Positions 47,790-57,246 of a stretch of DNA of 64,000 bases are shown here, piece by piece; within the stretch, counting starts at the first letter, position 1; every line of letters begins with the position of its first letter. The DNA lies in the IMG/VR virus record IMGVR_UViG_3300013121_000020, positions 64,001-128,000 of that record, one strand, 5' to 3'. The notes under the pieces were generated by a model. It was not told the origin of the DNA. It worked only from the letters and a program-made list of their open reading frames with translations, and did not search any database. The position numbers and the translations under genes are program-made. This DNA comes from a virus. Lineage: Duplodnaviria; Caudoviricetes.

Positions 47790-49427
47790 ATGTTCATGCT
47801 GCCGACACGAACTCAGCGGTTAGTTGCCAAACCAACTAATGCGAGACAACAGCCACAACGTCGTCACCTAACCGAGGGAGTCAATTCCCGTCGGCCAATC
47901 ACTGAAGAAACTGACTTACACAAGGCGTCAGTTATTCATGAAGGTCGGAAGAATCAACTTGTGAAAAAGTGGACTCCGGTACTTAATAAATGCCGAGAAG
48001 TCGGTCCACAGAAATTCGGGTTGATGGCAAGCATTTTGGAAAACCAATTTAATGCTTGGGACCCAAAAAAGCGGTCGATGATCTTTGAAGATCAAACGAC
48101 CACCGCCAACATTGCAGACTTCACTCGTTTTGCATTGCCTCTTATCCGTAAGAGCTATCCAAAACTAATCGCTGATAGTCTCGTTGGTGTTCAACCAATG
48201 AGCCAACCAGCAAGCTTAATCTTTTATATTCGGTATAAGTATGCCCTCACTAAGGGTCAGACTGTTGCCGGGACGCAAATCATGCGTCAAAACACAGCCC
48301 AAAGCTTTGCACGTCAAAACGGTTGGGCATTAGATCCATATTACTCATCGCAAGAAGTGCGTGGTCAGGACGCCACGATTACTGGCAATTCGGTAGTCAC
48401 CGCAACTCTAGCCCACCGTCCAGTGCTTGCTGGTACAGTGGTTGTTGAAGTGTTTGAAAGTGCTAGTGCCGCCAGCCCAAATTGCGATGACGCTGTGCCA
48501 TGTCTTCGCGTGTCATTTGACGCTGACGGTAACCCAGACGTTGTGTTGGTTGGTGATTGTACCGAATTCACATCCAACCTAACAGTCGATGTTACGACGC
48601 CAAACGCGACCGTTTTTAGCCACTCCACTGGCGTTGTTCAAGTAACGCTTTCCGCTGGTGTGTTTCCAGTTGGTGCCGTAGCACGAGTCAACTACGAGTA
48701 CGATCTCGAAGCAAACCCGTTCCAACCAGAAGTTACGTTGTCGATTGACAGCGATTCAGTCGCTGCAATTACACGTAAATTGAAAACTTCGTGGAGCTTG
48801 GAAGCGGCTCAGGATCTCAAGGCTGTACACAACATCGATGCTGAGAGCACCCTGACTGATTTGATGGCTGATGAAATGGTCGCGGAAATTGACCGCGAAA
48901 TCATCAACGATCTTATCATCGCTGCTGCAATTCGTGCTGATCACAATTTCGCCACTGCTGCCGGGGCGAGCGTTAACTTCACAGACAGAAACATCGCTTT
49001 GATGTACAAGGTCCTTGAAGTTGCCAACATCATCCATAGAACCACACTTCGTGGTCCAGCTAACTGGATGGTAATGTCAGCTGATATTTCATCGAAGTTT
49101 GAGCAATTGAATGATTTCCGTGCCGGTGATGCGTTCACTCCAGAAGGTGTGGATATTGGCATCATGAACATCGGAACAATTCAGGGTAAGATGAAGATCT
49201 ACAAAGATCCACTCTTCCCAAATTGCAAGATTTTGATGGGCTTCAAGGGTAACAGCGTCCTCGACGCTGGCTACTTCTACGCTCCATACATTCCGTTGCT
49301 AAGTACCCCAACCGTTCTTGATCCAAACAGCTTCAGCCCGAACAAGGGCATCATGACGAGATATGGCAAGAAGCTAATCGAAGACGGTGGGTTGTACTAC
49401 GGCGTGGTTACCGTAAGTAACCTATAA
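47790..49427 (+). CDS. major capsid protein, gp23-like
   Basis: KW.PVL, LENQ, VGVQPM, TRKLK..WSLEAAQDL, EIDREII, YFYAPYIPL, GIMTRYG; C-ending codon bias of a highly expressed gene. Confidence 0.96.
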   Translation: MFMLPTRTQRLVAKPTNARQQPQRRHLTEGVNSRRPITEETDLHKASVIHEGRKNQLVKKWTPVLNKCREVGPQKFGLMASILENQFNAWDPKKRSMIFEDQTTTANIADFTRFALPLIRKSYPKLIADSLVGVQPMSQPASLIFYIRYKYALTKGQTVAGTQIMRQNTAQSFARQNGWALDPYYSSQEVRGQDATITGNSVVTATLAHRPVLAGTVVVEVFESASAASPNCDDAVPCLRVSFDADGNPDVVLVGDCTEFTSNLTVDVTTPNATVFSHSTGVVQVTLSAGVFPVGAVARVNYEYDLEANPFQPEVTLSIDSDSVAAITRKLKTSWSLEAAQDLKAVHNIDAESTLTDLMADEMVAEIDREIINDLIIAAAIRADHNFATAAGASVNFTDRNIALMYKVLEVANIIHRTTLRGPANWMVMSADISSKFEQLNDFRAGDAFTPEGVDIGIMNIGTIQGKMKIYKDPLFPNCKILMGFKGNSVLDAGYFYAPYIPLLSTPTVLDPNSFSPNKGIMTRYGKKLIEDGGLYYGVVTVSNL

Positions 49428-49446
49428 TAGTTTCTTGACATATCAT

Positions 49447-49484
49447 AAAGGCCCGCTAGTCCTTGTGGTTAGCGGGCCTTTTTT
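49447..49484 (+). terminator. rho-independent terminator after the major capsid gene
   Basis: AAAGGCCCGCTAGTC-CTTGT-GGTTAGCGGGCC-TTTTTT. Confidence 0.9.
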
Positions 49485-49505
49485 GTGTATTTAGTATGAC
49501 ACAAT

Positions 49506-51257
49506 ATGGAAAGGTTATGTATGGCGACTCCCATGCCAGTTCATCAACAATTTACTAATGAACAGAAAATAGACATTACTAATTTGTTTTATGTTGGTAA
49601 ATCACAAGAGGAAATTGCGAACTTATATTGTAAACCACGTCGTACTATCGGCAAATTATTAATTCATCTTGGCTTAAGAAGAACTGCAAGTGAAGTTGGT
49701 AAATTGTCTATTGAATCTCCATGGGAGCATTTAGTTGATCGTGTGCGGGAATTGCGTCCTACTCATTCATTACCTCAAATTGTCGCGTTGCTTGGGATTC
49801 CACAGAGTTCTTTGGCTAGATTATGTGAACGTCATAGCATACCAGTTCCTGACGATTATTCAGATTTACAGTCACAACGCATGAAGGCTGCTTGGACTGA
49901 TGAGCAGAAAGCAGAAGCTGCGAAAATCGCTTTATCTAGAGTTACTCCTGAATTGCGTGAGAAATTGGCTGAGGGGTCAAGAAAGTTATGGGATAATCAA
50001 GAATATCGCGCGAAACAAGTTACGTCTCAGAAGATTGTGTGGGCTGATGTTGAATTACGCCAAAGAATGTCAGCCGTTTTAACTGAATATTGGGATAGCG
50101 CAGAACGTCGTGAGGTTATGGCTGCTGTGCAGCAGTTGGTGTGGACGGACGATAAGAAAGCAGAAATGTCAGAGATTCAGAAGAAAATTTGGGCGGACCC
50201 AGAAAAACGGCGTAAGATTTCTGAGTTGATGCGTATAGTGTGGGCCAATCCAGTTTTACGTAACGTTAACTCAGAACGAGTAAAGAAAGTTTGGCAGGAT
50301 GATAATTTTAGAGCACGTATGGCAGTTGCTCGCTCAAGTCAGCCTAGAGTTTCTAGTTTGCAAGATATTCTATATGGAATACTTGATGATTTGAATATAG
50401 TTTATTATCGTGAATATGAAAATAGACCAGCTGATAATGAATGTGTTATAGGTCCATACAATTTTGATTGTGTAATTCCAAGATCTGGTCGGAAATCATT
50501 ATTAATAGAATGTCATGGTGATTATTGGCATTCACTTGACAAAGCAATTAGGGTTGATAAAGCTAAAGCAACTTATGTCGAACGTTATCATAGTCATGAA
50601 TATGAGTTGCATTATCTATGGGAACATGAATTCTCGTGTCAAGATAAAATAATTGAGACTATTAAATATTGGTTAGGTATTAATGAATTAGAAGTTTTAG
50701 ACTTTGATTTTACAAATTTAAAAATTAAACCAACACCAGCCATGCATTATCGTAATCTACTTTCAAAATATCATTATTTAGCTAATGCTGGTCGTGGTGG
50801 TGTTGCTTATGGTGCTTATCTTGATGATGTTTTGATTGCGGTTTGTGTTTTTTCGCCTTTGGTTAGGCAAAATATTGACACTCTTGAGTTTGGTCATAAG
50901 GAGTGTGTTGAGTTGAGCCGTTTGTGTATTCACCCTCGATATCAAAAGAAGAATTTAGCTTCTTGGTTTGTTAGTCGTTGTATGAAGCAGCTTGGTGATA
51001 AGATTAAAATGGTTATTTCTTATTGCGATACTACTTTTAATCATGATGGGGCTGTTTATAAATCGTTGAATTTTAAACAAGATAAAGTTGTCCGACCTGA
51101 TTATTGGTATGTTAATGAGAATGGTTGGGTGATGCATAAGAAGACGTTGTATGGGAAAGCTGTGAAAATGTCGATGATTGAGTCTGAATATGCTGAACGT
51201 TTTGGTTATAAGAAAGTATTTGGAACTGAGAAACTGCGATTTGTTTTTGAACGATAA
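49506..51257 (+). CDS. homing-endonuclease-like protein: HTH, Trp-containing helical repeats, Vsr/DUF559-like nuclease, Mom-like GNAT domain
   Basis: YNFDCVIP..LIECHGDYWHS; VELSRLCIHP..ISYCDTTFNHDGAVYKSLNF; C-terminal half closely paralogous to 8922..10235. Confidence 0.78.
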   Translation: MERLCMATPMPVHQQFTNEQKIDITNLFYVGKSQEEIANLYCKPRRTIGKLLIHLGLRRTASEVGKLSIESPWEHLVDRVRELRPTHSLPQIVALLGIPQSSLARLCERHSIPVPDDYSDLQSQRMKAAWTDEQKAEAAKIALSRVTPELREKLAEGSRKLWDNQEYRAKQVTSQKIVWADVELRQRMSAVLTEYWDSAERREVMAAVQQLVWTDDKKAEMSEIQKKIWADPEKRRKISELMRIVWANPVLRNVNSERVKKVWQDDNFRARMAVARSSQPRVSSLQDILYGILDDLNIVYYREYENRPADNECVIGPYNFDCVIPRSGRKSLLIECHGDYWHSLDKAIRVDKAKATYVERYHSHEYELHYLWEHEFSCQDKIIETIKYWLGINELEVLDFDFTNLKIKPTPAMHYRNLLSKYHYLANAGRGGVAYGAYLDDVLIAVCVFSPLVRQNIDTLEFGHKECVELSRLCIHPRYQKKNLASWFVSRCMKQLGDKIKMVISYCDTTFNHDGAVYKSLNFKQDKVVRPDYWYVNENGWVMHKKTLYGKAVKMSMIESEYAERFGYKKVFGTEKLRFVFER

Positions 51258-51293
51258 TAAAAGGTATGTATTGTATTTACATTGTATTGTTGA

Positions 51294-51872
51294 TTGACAC
51301 ATTGGTTTATGGACCAACAACTTTTGTACCCTATTAAAAATTGCGTCGATAGAAATAAGCATTTAGATATTATAAATGCAAAATCGCGTTTAGGGTCAAC
51401 TTTATCTGATGATGAATTTATACGTGCTTTTTATGATGTGTTTAGAGAACATTTTGTGGCAGTTGGTGGGTGTGGATTTAGAATTTTTGATAATACATGT
51501 AAGGGTCGATCACATCCATTTGCGATGATATGTCGAGAGATTGCTGAATCAATGAAGTCGCGGCTTGAATTTCATAGGATAGCAGTCACATTATTTGAAC
51601 GTGATCATGCTGCAGCTTCTTGGTGGCCAGATAGATGGGTTGGATTTGTGTTGGTCTATGATGATGTAACTATACGTATATTTTTAGAAGGTCAAGTTGT
51701 GACTGTCGATTATATATGGCCAGAAACGAAAAATGACGCTGAAGAATCATCTAGTCATTCTTCTAAATATTACTCATTTGATTTATGCAATCCAGAATCA
51801 TTGCAAAATCTATATGCGACGATTGATCGACGCATAGATGATATGTTTTATCAATGGCGTCCTAGTGATTAA
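51294..51872 (+). CDS. hypothetical protein
   Basis: 192-aa ORF, ends in FDLCNPESL like several small ORFs here (DMANP, DMKDPNSL). Confidence 0.55.
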   Translation: MTHWFMDQQLLYPIKNCVDRNKHLDIINAKSRLGSTLSDDEFIRAFYDVFREHFVAVGGCGFRIFDNTCKGRSHPFAMICREIAESMKSRLEFHRIAVTLFERDHAAASWWPDRWVGFVLVYDDVTIRIFLEGQVVTVDYIWPETKNDAEESSSHSSKYYSFDLCNPESLQNLYATIDRRIDDMFYQWRPSD

Positions 51873-51886
51873 AATGGAGTATAAAT

Positions 51887-53086
51887 ATGCGAAATGTTGA
51901 TGGTATTCGAATTTGGGGTGATCCAGTTGATGAGGGTGCGTTATCACAAATTAAGAATTGTGCTAAGACAGCGGCTGTGTGTGCACTTATGGCTGATCAC
52001 CATAAAGGTTATGCTGTACCGATTGGTGGTGTTGTTGCTTATGAGGATGCGATAAGTCCATCTGGTGTTGGATATGACATTGCATGCGGAAATAAGGCAG
52101 TCCTTACTGATGTACCGGCGTCAGAAGTGCGGAAGAATATAAAGACTATTATGGATGATGTGTGGTCTAACCTATCGTTCGGGATCGGGCGTAAAAATTC
52201 TATAACTGTTGACCATGATTTATTTTATGATGAGACATGGAAACTTGATGCTGTAAAAGATTTAAAAGATCTTGCACGTTCGCAGCTTGGTACGATTGGT
52301 TCTGGCAATCATTATGTTGATATATTTGCAGATGAACAAGATAGAGTGTGGATTGGATGCCATTTTGGGTCGCGTGGACTTGGTCATAAAACCGCTACTT
52401 ATTTTCTTAAGGCTGGTGGTGCAAAAGATGGTATGGATGTCGATCCGCTTGTTTTAAATGTTAATTCACCACTTGGATCTGAATATATTGCATGCATGCA
52501 TCTAGCTGGTAGATATGCATATGCTGGGCGTGATTGGGTGTGTGATGAAGTTGCACGCATACTTGGGGCAAGGGTTGTTGGTGAAGTTCATAATCACCAC
52601 AATTTTGCGTGGAAAGAATGTCATAATCAACAAAATTTGTGGGTTGTGCGTAAAGGTGCAACTCCATCTGGTCCAGGTGTAAAAGGATTTGTTGGTGGGT
52701 CGATGGGTGATATTTCTGTGATTTTAGAGGGTATTGAATCTGACGAAAATCGTTTTGGACTTTATTCTACTGTACATGGTGCTGGTCGTGTTATGGGTCG
52801 TATGGAGGCGATAGGAAAATCAAAGTGGGTTAAAGATGAAATATCTGGTGAAAAGAAACTTGTGCAAGTTCGCCATGGAAAGGTGAGTCGTCAGATGTTA
52901 TGTGATTGGATTAAGCCAATGGGTGTTGAGCTTCGTGGTGCTGGTGTTGATGAAAGTCCACATTGTTATAAACGGCTTCCAGATGTGTTGCGGCACCATG
53001 GTGGTTCTGTAAAAATTTTACATACTTTGACACCTCTCGGAGTGGCTATGGCTGGTTCTGATGAGGTTGATCCTTACAAGGATTAA
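51887..53086 (+). CDS. rtcB: RtcB RNA ligase
   Basis: MADHHKGYAVPIGGV, VGYDIACG, GTIGSGNHY, NHHNFA, VRKGAT, HGAGR, DESPHCYK. Confidence 0.95.
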   Translation: MRNVDGIRIWGDPVDEGALSQIKNCAKTAAVCALMADHHKGYAVPIGGVVAYEDAISPSGVGYDIACGNKAVLTDVPASEVRKNIKTIMDDVWSNLSFGIGRKNSITVDHDLFYDETWKLDAVKDLKDLARSQLGTIGSGNHYVDIFADEQDRVWIGCHFGSRGLGHKTATYFLKAGGAKDGMDVDPLVLNVNSPLGSEYIACMHLAGRYAYAGRDWVCDEVARILGARVVGEVHNHHNFAWKECHNQQNLWVVRKGATPSGPGVKGFVGGSMGDISVILEGIESDENRFGLYSTVHGAGRVMGRMEAIGKSKWVKDEISGEKKLVQVRHGKVSRQMLCDWIKPMGVELRGAGVDESPHCYKRLPDVLRHHGGSVKILHTLTPLGVAMAGSDEVDPYKD

Positions 53087-53087
53087 T

Positions 53088-53351
53088 ATGATGAATTTTT
53101 GGCCGTTGTATTTTGATAAGCCACTTATTTATATTGGCGATGCATATGATCGAGTTAATGTTGTACCAGTGACAGAAATTGGTAATATTAACCATCTAAA
53201 AATTGATCGTCGCACTATGCAACAATTTTTTAGATGGCCGGATGGCATAGAGCGTGCTGTTCCTAGTCATTGTGTTGTTATTGACACACAAGAAGTACGA
53301 ATTGAAAAGGGGTTAGATTGTGGGTTACACGTTAATGATCGGCAATGCTAA
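53088..53351 (+). CDS. hypothetical protein
   Basis: AAGGA SD, ATG just after the rtcB stop. Confidence 0.45.
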   Translation: MMNFWPLYFDKPLIYIGDAYDRVNVVPVTEIGNINHLKIDRRTMQQFFRWPDGIERAVPSHCVVIDTQEVRIEKGLDCGLHVNDRQC

Positions 53352-53874
53352 AATACAATATAATCGTGATGGTGTTCGAATTGTTTGTGATGTAACAACT
53401 CGCGATGATGCGCCAGCATTTGGTGAATCAACTGATAATATGTCACAACGATGGCCGTCATATTCATCGTGGGACAATTTTACCAGGGCCTTGAAATTAG
53501 AAGATGTGATGTATCCTAAACGTGGTAATGGTGGTGTTAGTGGTTTTAGTCGTGATGGAGTATGGTTTGGACCTTTAATACCTAGTCATCCTGGCGTAGC
53601 GCCAATAACTGAAGCCCATGTTGAGATTATTGAAGAGAAGTTGGCCGAATATAAAGCAGAACATCCAACACATGTTGCAAAATTTCCATTATCTAAATCT
53701 GGAACTAAGTCAATTGACGCTTGTGGCGAAGATGTCGCTCGTGAATATGAAGGGTTAGTTCATGATGGTAATTTGTGTCGTGCCGAATGGCTTCTATATT
53801 GGTGTAAGTGGGCGATTAAAAATTGTTCAATGCCAGTTTTTGTTAATTTGACGCATCAAATTTACCTTAATTAG
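53320..53874 (+). CDS. hypothetical protein
   Basis: 184 aa; GTG start with GGGG SD. Confidence 0.6.
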   Translation: MGYTLMIGNAKIQYNRDGVRIVCDVTTRDDAPAFGESTDNMSQRWPSYSSWDNFTRALKLEDVMYPKRGNGGVSGFSRDGVWFGPLIPSHPGVAPITEAHVEIIEEKLAEYKAEHPTHVAKFPLSKSGTKSIDACGEDVAREYEGLVHDGNLCRAEWLLYWCKWAIKNCSMPVFVNLTHQIYLN

Positions 53875-53883
53875 AGAGATCAA

Positions 53884-54564
53884 ATGATGCGATTACGAAC
53901 AATATCTGAAGAACTCAATTGGATAGATCCTGATAAGTTATATATGAAGAATGGTGCTGTTACATTTATATTTACAGAATATAATGAATTGATGATTGGG
54001 CATAGTAATAATGTTAGTCATGGCGATATTATTAGGGCTAATTTACAAGATTTTCATGATCGTTATGAAAAAGTGTTAATTCCATACGAAAGTGGTATGG
54101 GATATATGATTGGTGACTATCGTGCGGTTGCTGAACAATTCGATCTTTTAGGTCGAGTTGGTAAAAAACGTAATGGTACGATAATTAGTTTTTGGAACCA
54201 CAGTCAAAAGATTTATGATAAATTATTATATAATTGTATAGATGCATTAAAGCAACGTTTATCAATGAAAGAGCCAATTTTCATTTCAACACCGATTCAC
54301 GGCACAATTCCAATCGATCAAATTGATACAAAAGTTGATAATGATAAAGCACGCCATTTAGCAGATTTACATAGGCAACTACATTTGATGCGTCCTGAAC
54401 TTAAGAATCGTGCAAGACAAGAACTAGGTCTTCTCCAAACGTCTAAGAAAAACGATTGGCAAGATGCCATAGAGAAAACTGGTGCTATTAAACCAGGGCA
54501 TAAATGGTGGGCGATGACTTCAGAGAGTGTTGACATATTCGATAATTTGTCGAGTGGTCATTAA
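53884..54564 (+). CDS. hypothetical protein, paralog of 46216..46995, putative internal head protein
   Basis: MRLRTISEE leader; shared motifs with 46216..46995. Confidence 0.7.
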   Translation: MMRLRTISEELNWIDPDKLYMKNGAVTFIFTEYNELMIGHSNNVSHGDIIRANLQDFHDRYEKVLIPYESGMGYMIGDYRAVAEQFDLLGRVGKKRNGTIISFWNHSQKIYDKLLYNCIDALKQRLSMKEPIFISTPIHGTIPIDQIDTKVDNDKARHLADLHRQLHLMRPELKNRARQELGLLQTSKKNDWQDAIEKTGAIKPGHKWWAMTSESVDIFDNLSSGH

Positions 54565-54774
54565 TTTGTCAAATTCATCATCTGATATTTGAATTCTTCG
54601 TTGTAAATGATCTGTTAATTTGTCTTCTAAATCTATCATTATATCGACTATATCTAAAGAATCAAATCCATATTCATTTCTGATATCTGCATCGATATCG
54701 ACATTGATATTTTGAGTGTCATTACATTCATTTGCTTTGTTTGCGATGCTTTTAATGACTATTTCAGAAATCAT
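54520..54774 (-). CDS. acpP: acyl carrier protein
   Basis: GFDSLDIVDIMIDLED phosphopantetheine site; I.DDEFDKL.T..QII.YV. Confidence 0.8.
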   Translation of the reverse strand: MISEIVIKSIANKANECNDTQNINVDIDADIRNEYGFDSLDIVDIMIDLEDKLTDHLQRRIQISDDEFDKLMTTRQIIEYVNTL

Positions 54775-55091
54775 TGTGCTATTCCTTTATTGTCTAATCT
54801 ATGATACAAAGTTGTCATATATTTTACAGCGTCACTGCTGCTTAGCGCATATATATAATGATCGTCCATAATCACATCATCGTCTGTGACTTTTCCACGA
54901 TATCCTGTATCGAACCAATTGATTGATAATTTGTTGTCTCTCCAGCCAATTTCAATCCAACCAAAGACTGTTTTCACTAGAAACCATTTATTCCATTTGC
55001 CATTTTCGAAATAACCTTCATGTATCTCTTTGATATGTTCTACTTTGAATCCAGAGAATTCGAAAATTGTCTTAGCTTGTTTTATGTTCAT
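54771..55091 (-). CDS. hypothetical protein
   Basis: WFLVKT.FGWIEIGWR motif; coupled to neighbours. Confidence 0.6.
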   Translation of the reverse strand: MNIKQAKTIFEFSGFKVEHIKEIHEGYFENGKWNKWFLVKTVFGWIEIGWRDNKLSINWFDTGYRGKVTDDDVIMDDHYIYALSSSDAVKYMTTLYHRLDNKGIAQ

Positions 55092-55653
55092 GTGTTACCA
55101 TTTTAATATATGCTTTTGATGGTGTTGTATCAACTATTATACCATGTTCAATCAACATTAGTTGGATGTACCAATTTGGCACTTTACCAGTGCGCCATTT
55201 AGCGAATCTTGATTTATATCTGACGTAATATAGATGATAAGCTACTACTGGATCTTGATGATAACAATCATCTGCAACGGCTTGGCGAAATGGTGTTAGC
55301 CCACCAATATTGAGTGGTGGTTGATTTGTTGCTAACCAATTCATTAATGGTTGACAATTGTGTATTTTGCCATAACGATCATTATATTCATCACAAAGTG
55401 CTAGCCCATGTTTAGCTGTCCATTCATAATTGCTAGTTGTTTCACGTACCCACAATGAAACGTGATTGTTTTTATGTGTTTTAGCATTCCATAATTCTAC
55501 TTGTGCTCCATTGATATTGGCGTATAAACGATTGTTGGTGATGTGTGCTAAACTCATCATCTGTACTGCTTCAAGAATGATTTTATTGACATGTTTGTCA
55601 CAATTCATTTTAGCAGAAATTAATGGGTCACGATCAAGCACAAACAGATTCAT
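55072..55653 (-). CDS. pyrimidine-dimer DNA glycosylase / endonuclease V-like protein
   Basis: MNLFVLD.DP..CDKHV.K.ILEAVQM, H.NNH..LW.R, LC.EY..RYGKIH, TPFRQA. Confidence 0.75.
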   Translation of the reverse strand: MNLFVLDRDPLISAKMNCDKHVNKIILEAVQMMSLAHITNNRLYANINGAQVELWNAKTHKNNHVSLWVRETTSNYEWTAKHGLALCDEYNDRYGKIHNCQPLMNWLATNQPPLNIGGLTPFRQAVADDCYHQDPVVAYHLYYVRYKSRFAKWRTGKVPNWYIQLMLIEHGIIVDTTPSKAYIKMVTHEHKTS

Positions 55654-55729
55654 GTAACCTCCGTTTCTTTAATACGTTTCTGTGGCAAGACAACTATCGG
55701 TTGTAAATGGTTCGTATAAAACATAAAAT

Positions 55730-56104
55730 ATGGTCAATTATCGTCCTAGTGTTTGTTATCAAACTGATGCATCTCATGTGCATTATAATATAATAATGCA
55801 AGTTGAGAAACCATTATCTGATATTCAACGTTTGCGAGAGATTGCACGAAGAGTTGGTGGAGCAACTGCTGGGCAAGTAATAGAAATTCTTTATGATAAG
55901 ATTGCAATTGGGGTTGATCTTACGCGATATGAGATAGTTAGAATTCAAAAAGAATCTTTACCAACACATCAAGTTTGCCACAAAGGTGAAGATGAGTCAC
56001 CATCTATAGATTGGAATGGGTGGTTATTTATCGCTGGTTCTGTCGGTATTGATGATAAGCCACCAGCCAATGTTAGAGTTGCTTATATTGATCACCATGC
56101 CTGA
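55730..56104 (+). CDS. hypothetical protein
   Basis: ORF present; true start may be ATG 55796. Confidence 0.5.
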   Translation: MVNYRPSVCYQTDASHVHYNIIMQVEKPLSDIQRLREIARRVGGATAGQVIEILYDKIAIGVDLTRYEIVRIQKESLPTHQVCHKGEDESPSIDWNGWLFIAGSVGIDDKPPANVRVAYIDHHA

Positions 56105-56429
56105 TATATTATCTGTATTAGCGGATTGGTTTTTATCAGAAAATGGCGATTATTATATTGGCCCATGTATTAATGAACGCGTCGTCTTTAAACACAAACA
56201 TAATCATAATTTGTGGATATCATTTGAATGGTGGTGTGGTAGGATTGTGTTAAATGGGATAATTAGTTCTTGTAATAAAGGTCAATTATTTAGCAGCAGT
56301 TGTTGGGGTGGATCATATGTTATTAGTGATCAAAAATCGTTTGATAAATTTTGCTCTACAACTACATGGTTAGTTAATGAGCAAATAAAATTGAAGGATA
56401 AAAAGTTTTACTGTGGCCGTTTAGTTTAA
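56097..56429 (+). CDS. hypothetical protein
   Basis: ATG overlaps the previous stop. Confidence 0.45.
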   Translation: MPDILSVLADWFLSENGDYYIGPCINERVVFKHKHNHNLWISFEWWCGRIVLNGIISSCNKGQLFSSSCWGGSYVISDQKSFDKFCSTTTWLVNEQIKLKDKKFYCGRLV

Positions 56430-56584
56430 GCATAGGTTAAAAACGGCCAAACAACCTATGTAACCGTTTTCACATCATTCATCTCTTTGAAACGGTCCAA
56501 AAAGTTCGATGAATGTGGTCTCTATATTAGGTGATCCGATCTCTTGTGCTGTTCCGAGACCAAAAACAGCCGATAATCGGTCAC
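56414..56584 (-). ncRNA. candidate structured RNA of three tandem pseudoknots
   Basis: three interleaved stem pairs found by eye; G-U extensions exist only on the minus strand; GTATT motif 9 nt upstream of the first stem. Confidence 0.6.
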
Positions 56585-56588
56585 ATTC

Positions 56589-56942
56589 TTATAAATACAT
56601 AAGTGCGCGTGCCATGATTCGCATACGTCTACGTTCTAACTTCTGTTCTGATGTTGGCGTTGGACGTTTGTGTTTTTTGTTTGTTTTCACTGTTCCGTCT
56701 TTATACAATTTATACCAAAGTTGATTAGATTTAAAATATGCCATAACTGTTCCACAATGTATCCAACGAAAAGTTGGCGTATCCATCATTTCAATTATTT
56801 TAATATATTCTCTATGTTTTTGTGCAGCACCTATATGACCGTTTTCTTCTAAACAATCAGAAAAGCGCGCTCTAGTAACCAAATTGAGCGGATCATTTTG
56901 CAGTTGTTCCATCGCGCCTTTGTAGATTGCCATAATGGTCAT
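56589..56942 (-). CDS. protein with N-terminal TIGR02996-like domain
   Basis: LQNDPLNLVTRARFSDCLEENG resembles the P.D...RLVYADWLEE.G consensus. Confidence 0.55.
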   Translation of the reverse strand: MTIMAIYKGAMEQLQNDPLNLVTRARFSDCLEENGHIGAAQKHREYIKIIEMMDTPTFRWIHCGTVMAYFKSNQLWYKLYKDGTVKTNKKHKRPTPTSEQKLERRRMRIMARALMYL

Positions 56943-56961
56943 TGATGATATCGTCAGTTGA

Positions 56962-57246
56962 TTAGGTTGGTTTCCGTCCTACCACACTGCGGCAGGTTCG
57001 AACAGCGGGTAAACTATGCTTTCGAGATTCGATTGTGTGAAAAATAACAGTCCCCGAATCCAGCGAACGTGTGGTTACTTTTTGTGCGTTCATATCTTTT
57101 TCAGCCAGATCATGACGACCATTCGCAACTAGTTCGGCTTTTGCAGTGGTTATCGCTTTCGTCTTCGAAGTCGCCACCACGATGATCATGGCTCTTCGAT
57201 CATCGCTGAGAGCATCCGAAACCGAACAAACGTAGTAATGATCCAT
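56962..57246 (-). CDS. hypothetical protein
   Basis: ATG 57246 with GGAG SD; higher GC. Confidence 0.6.
   Translation of the reverse strand: MDHYYVCSVSDALSDDRRAMIIVVATSKTKAITTAKAELVANGRHDLAEKDMNAQKVTTRSLDSGTVIFHTIESRKHSLPAVRTCRSVVGRKPT

Noticed and set aside
56414-56460. preQ1 riboswitch or pistol ribozyme
   Set aside because: Superficial stem plus AAAC tail only; the conserved cores and the P2/P3 elements are missing, and there is no downstream gene to regulate
56522-56584. 20-codon leaderless ORF from GTG 56584 on the minus strand
   Set aside because: Too short to support and entirely inside the paired region; not excluded experimentally
56340-56700. Complete tmRNA gene
   Set aside because: No acceptor stem, T-arm (GGTTC) or CCA after the third pseudoknot, and no pk1 or ALAA-type tag upstream; kept only as an architectural resemblance
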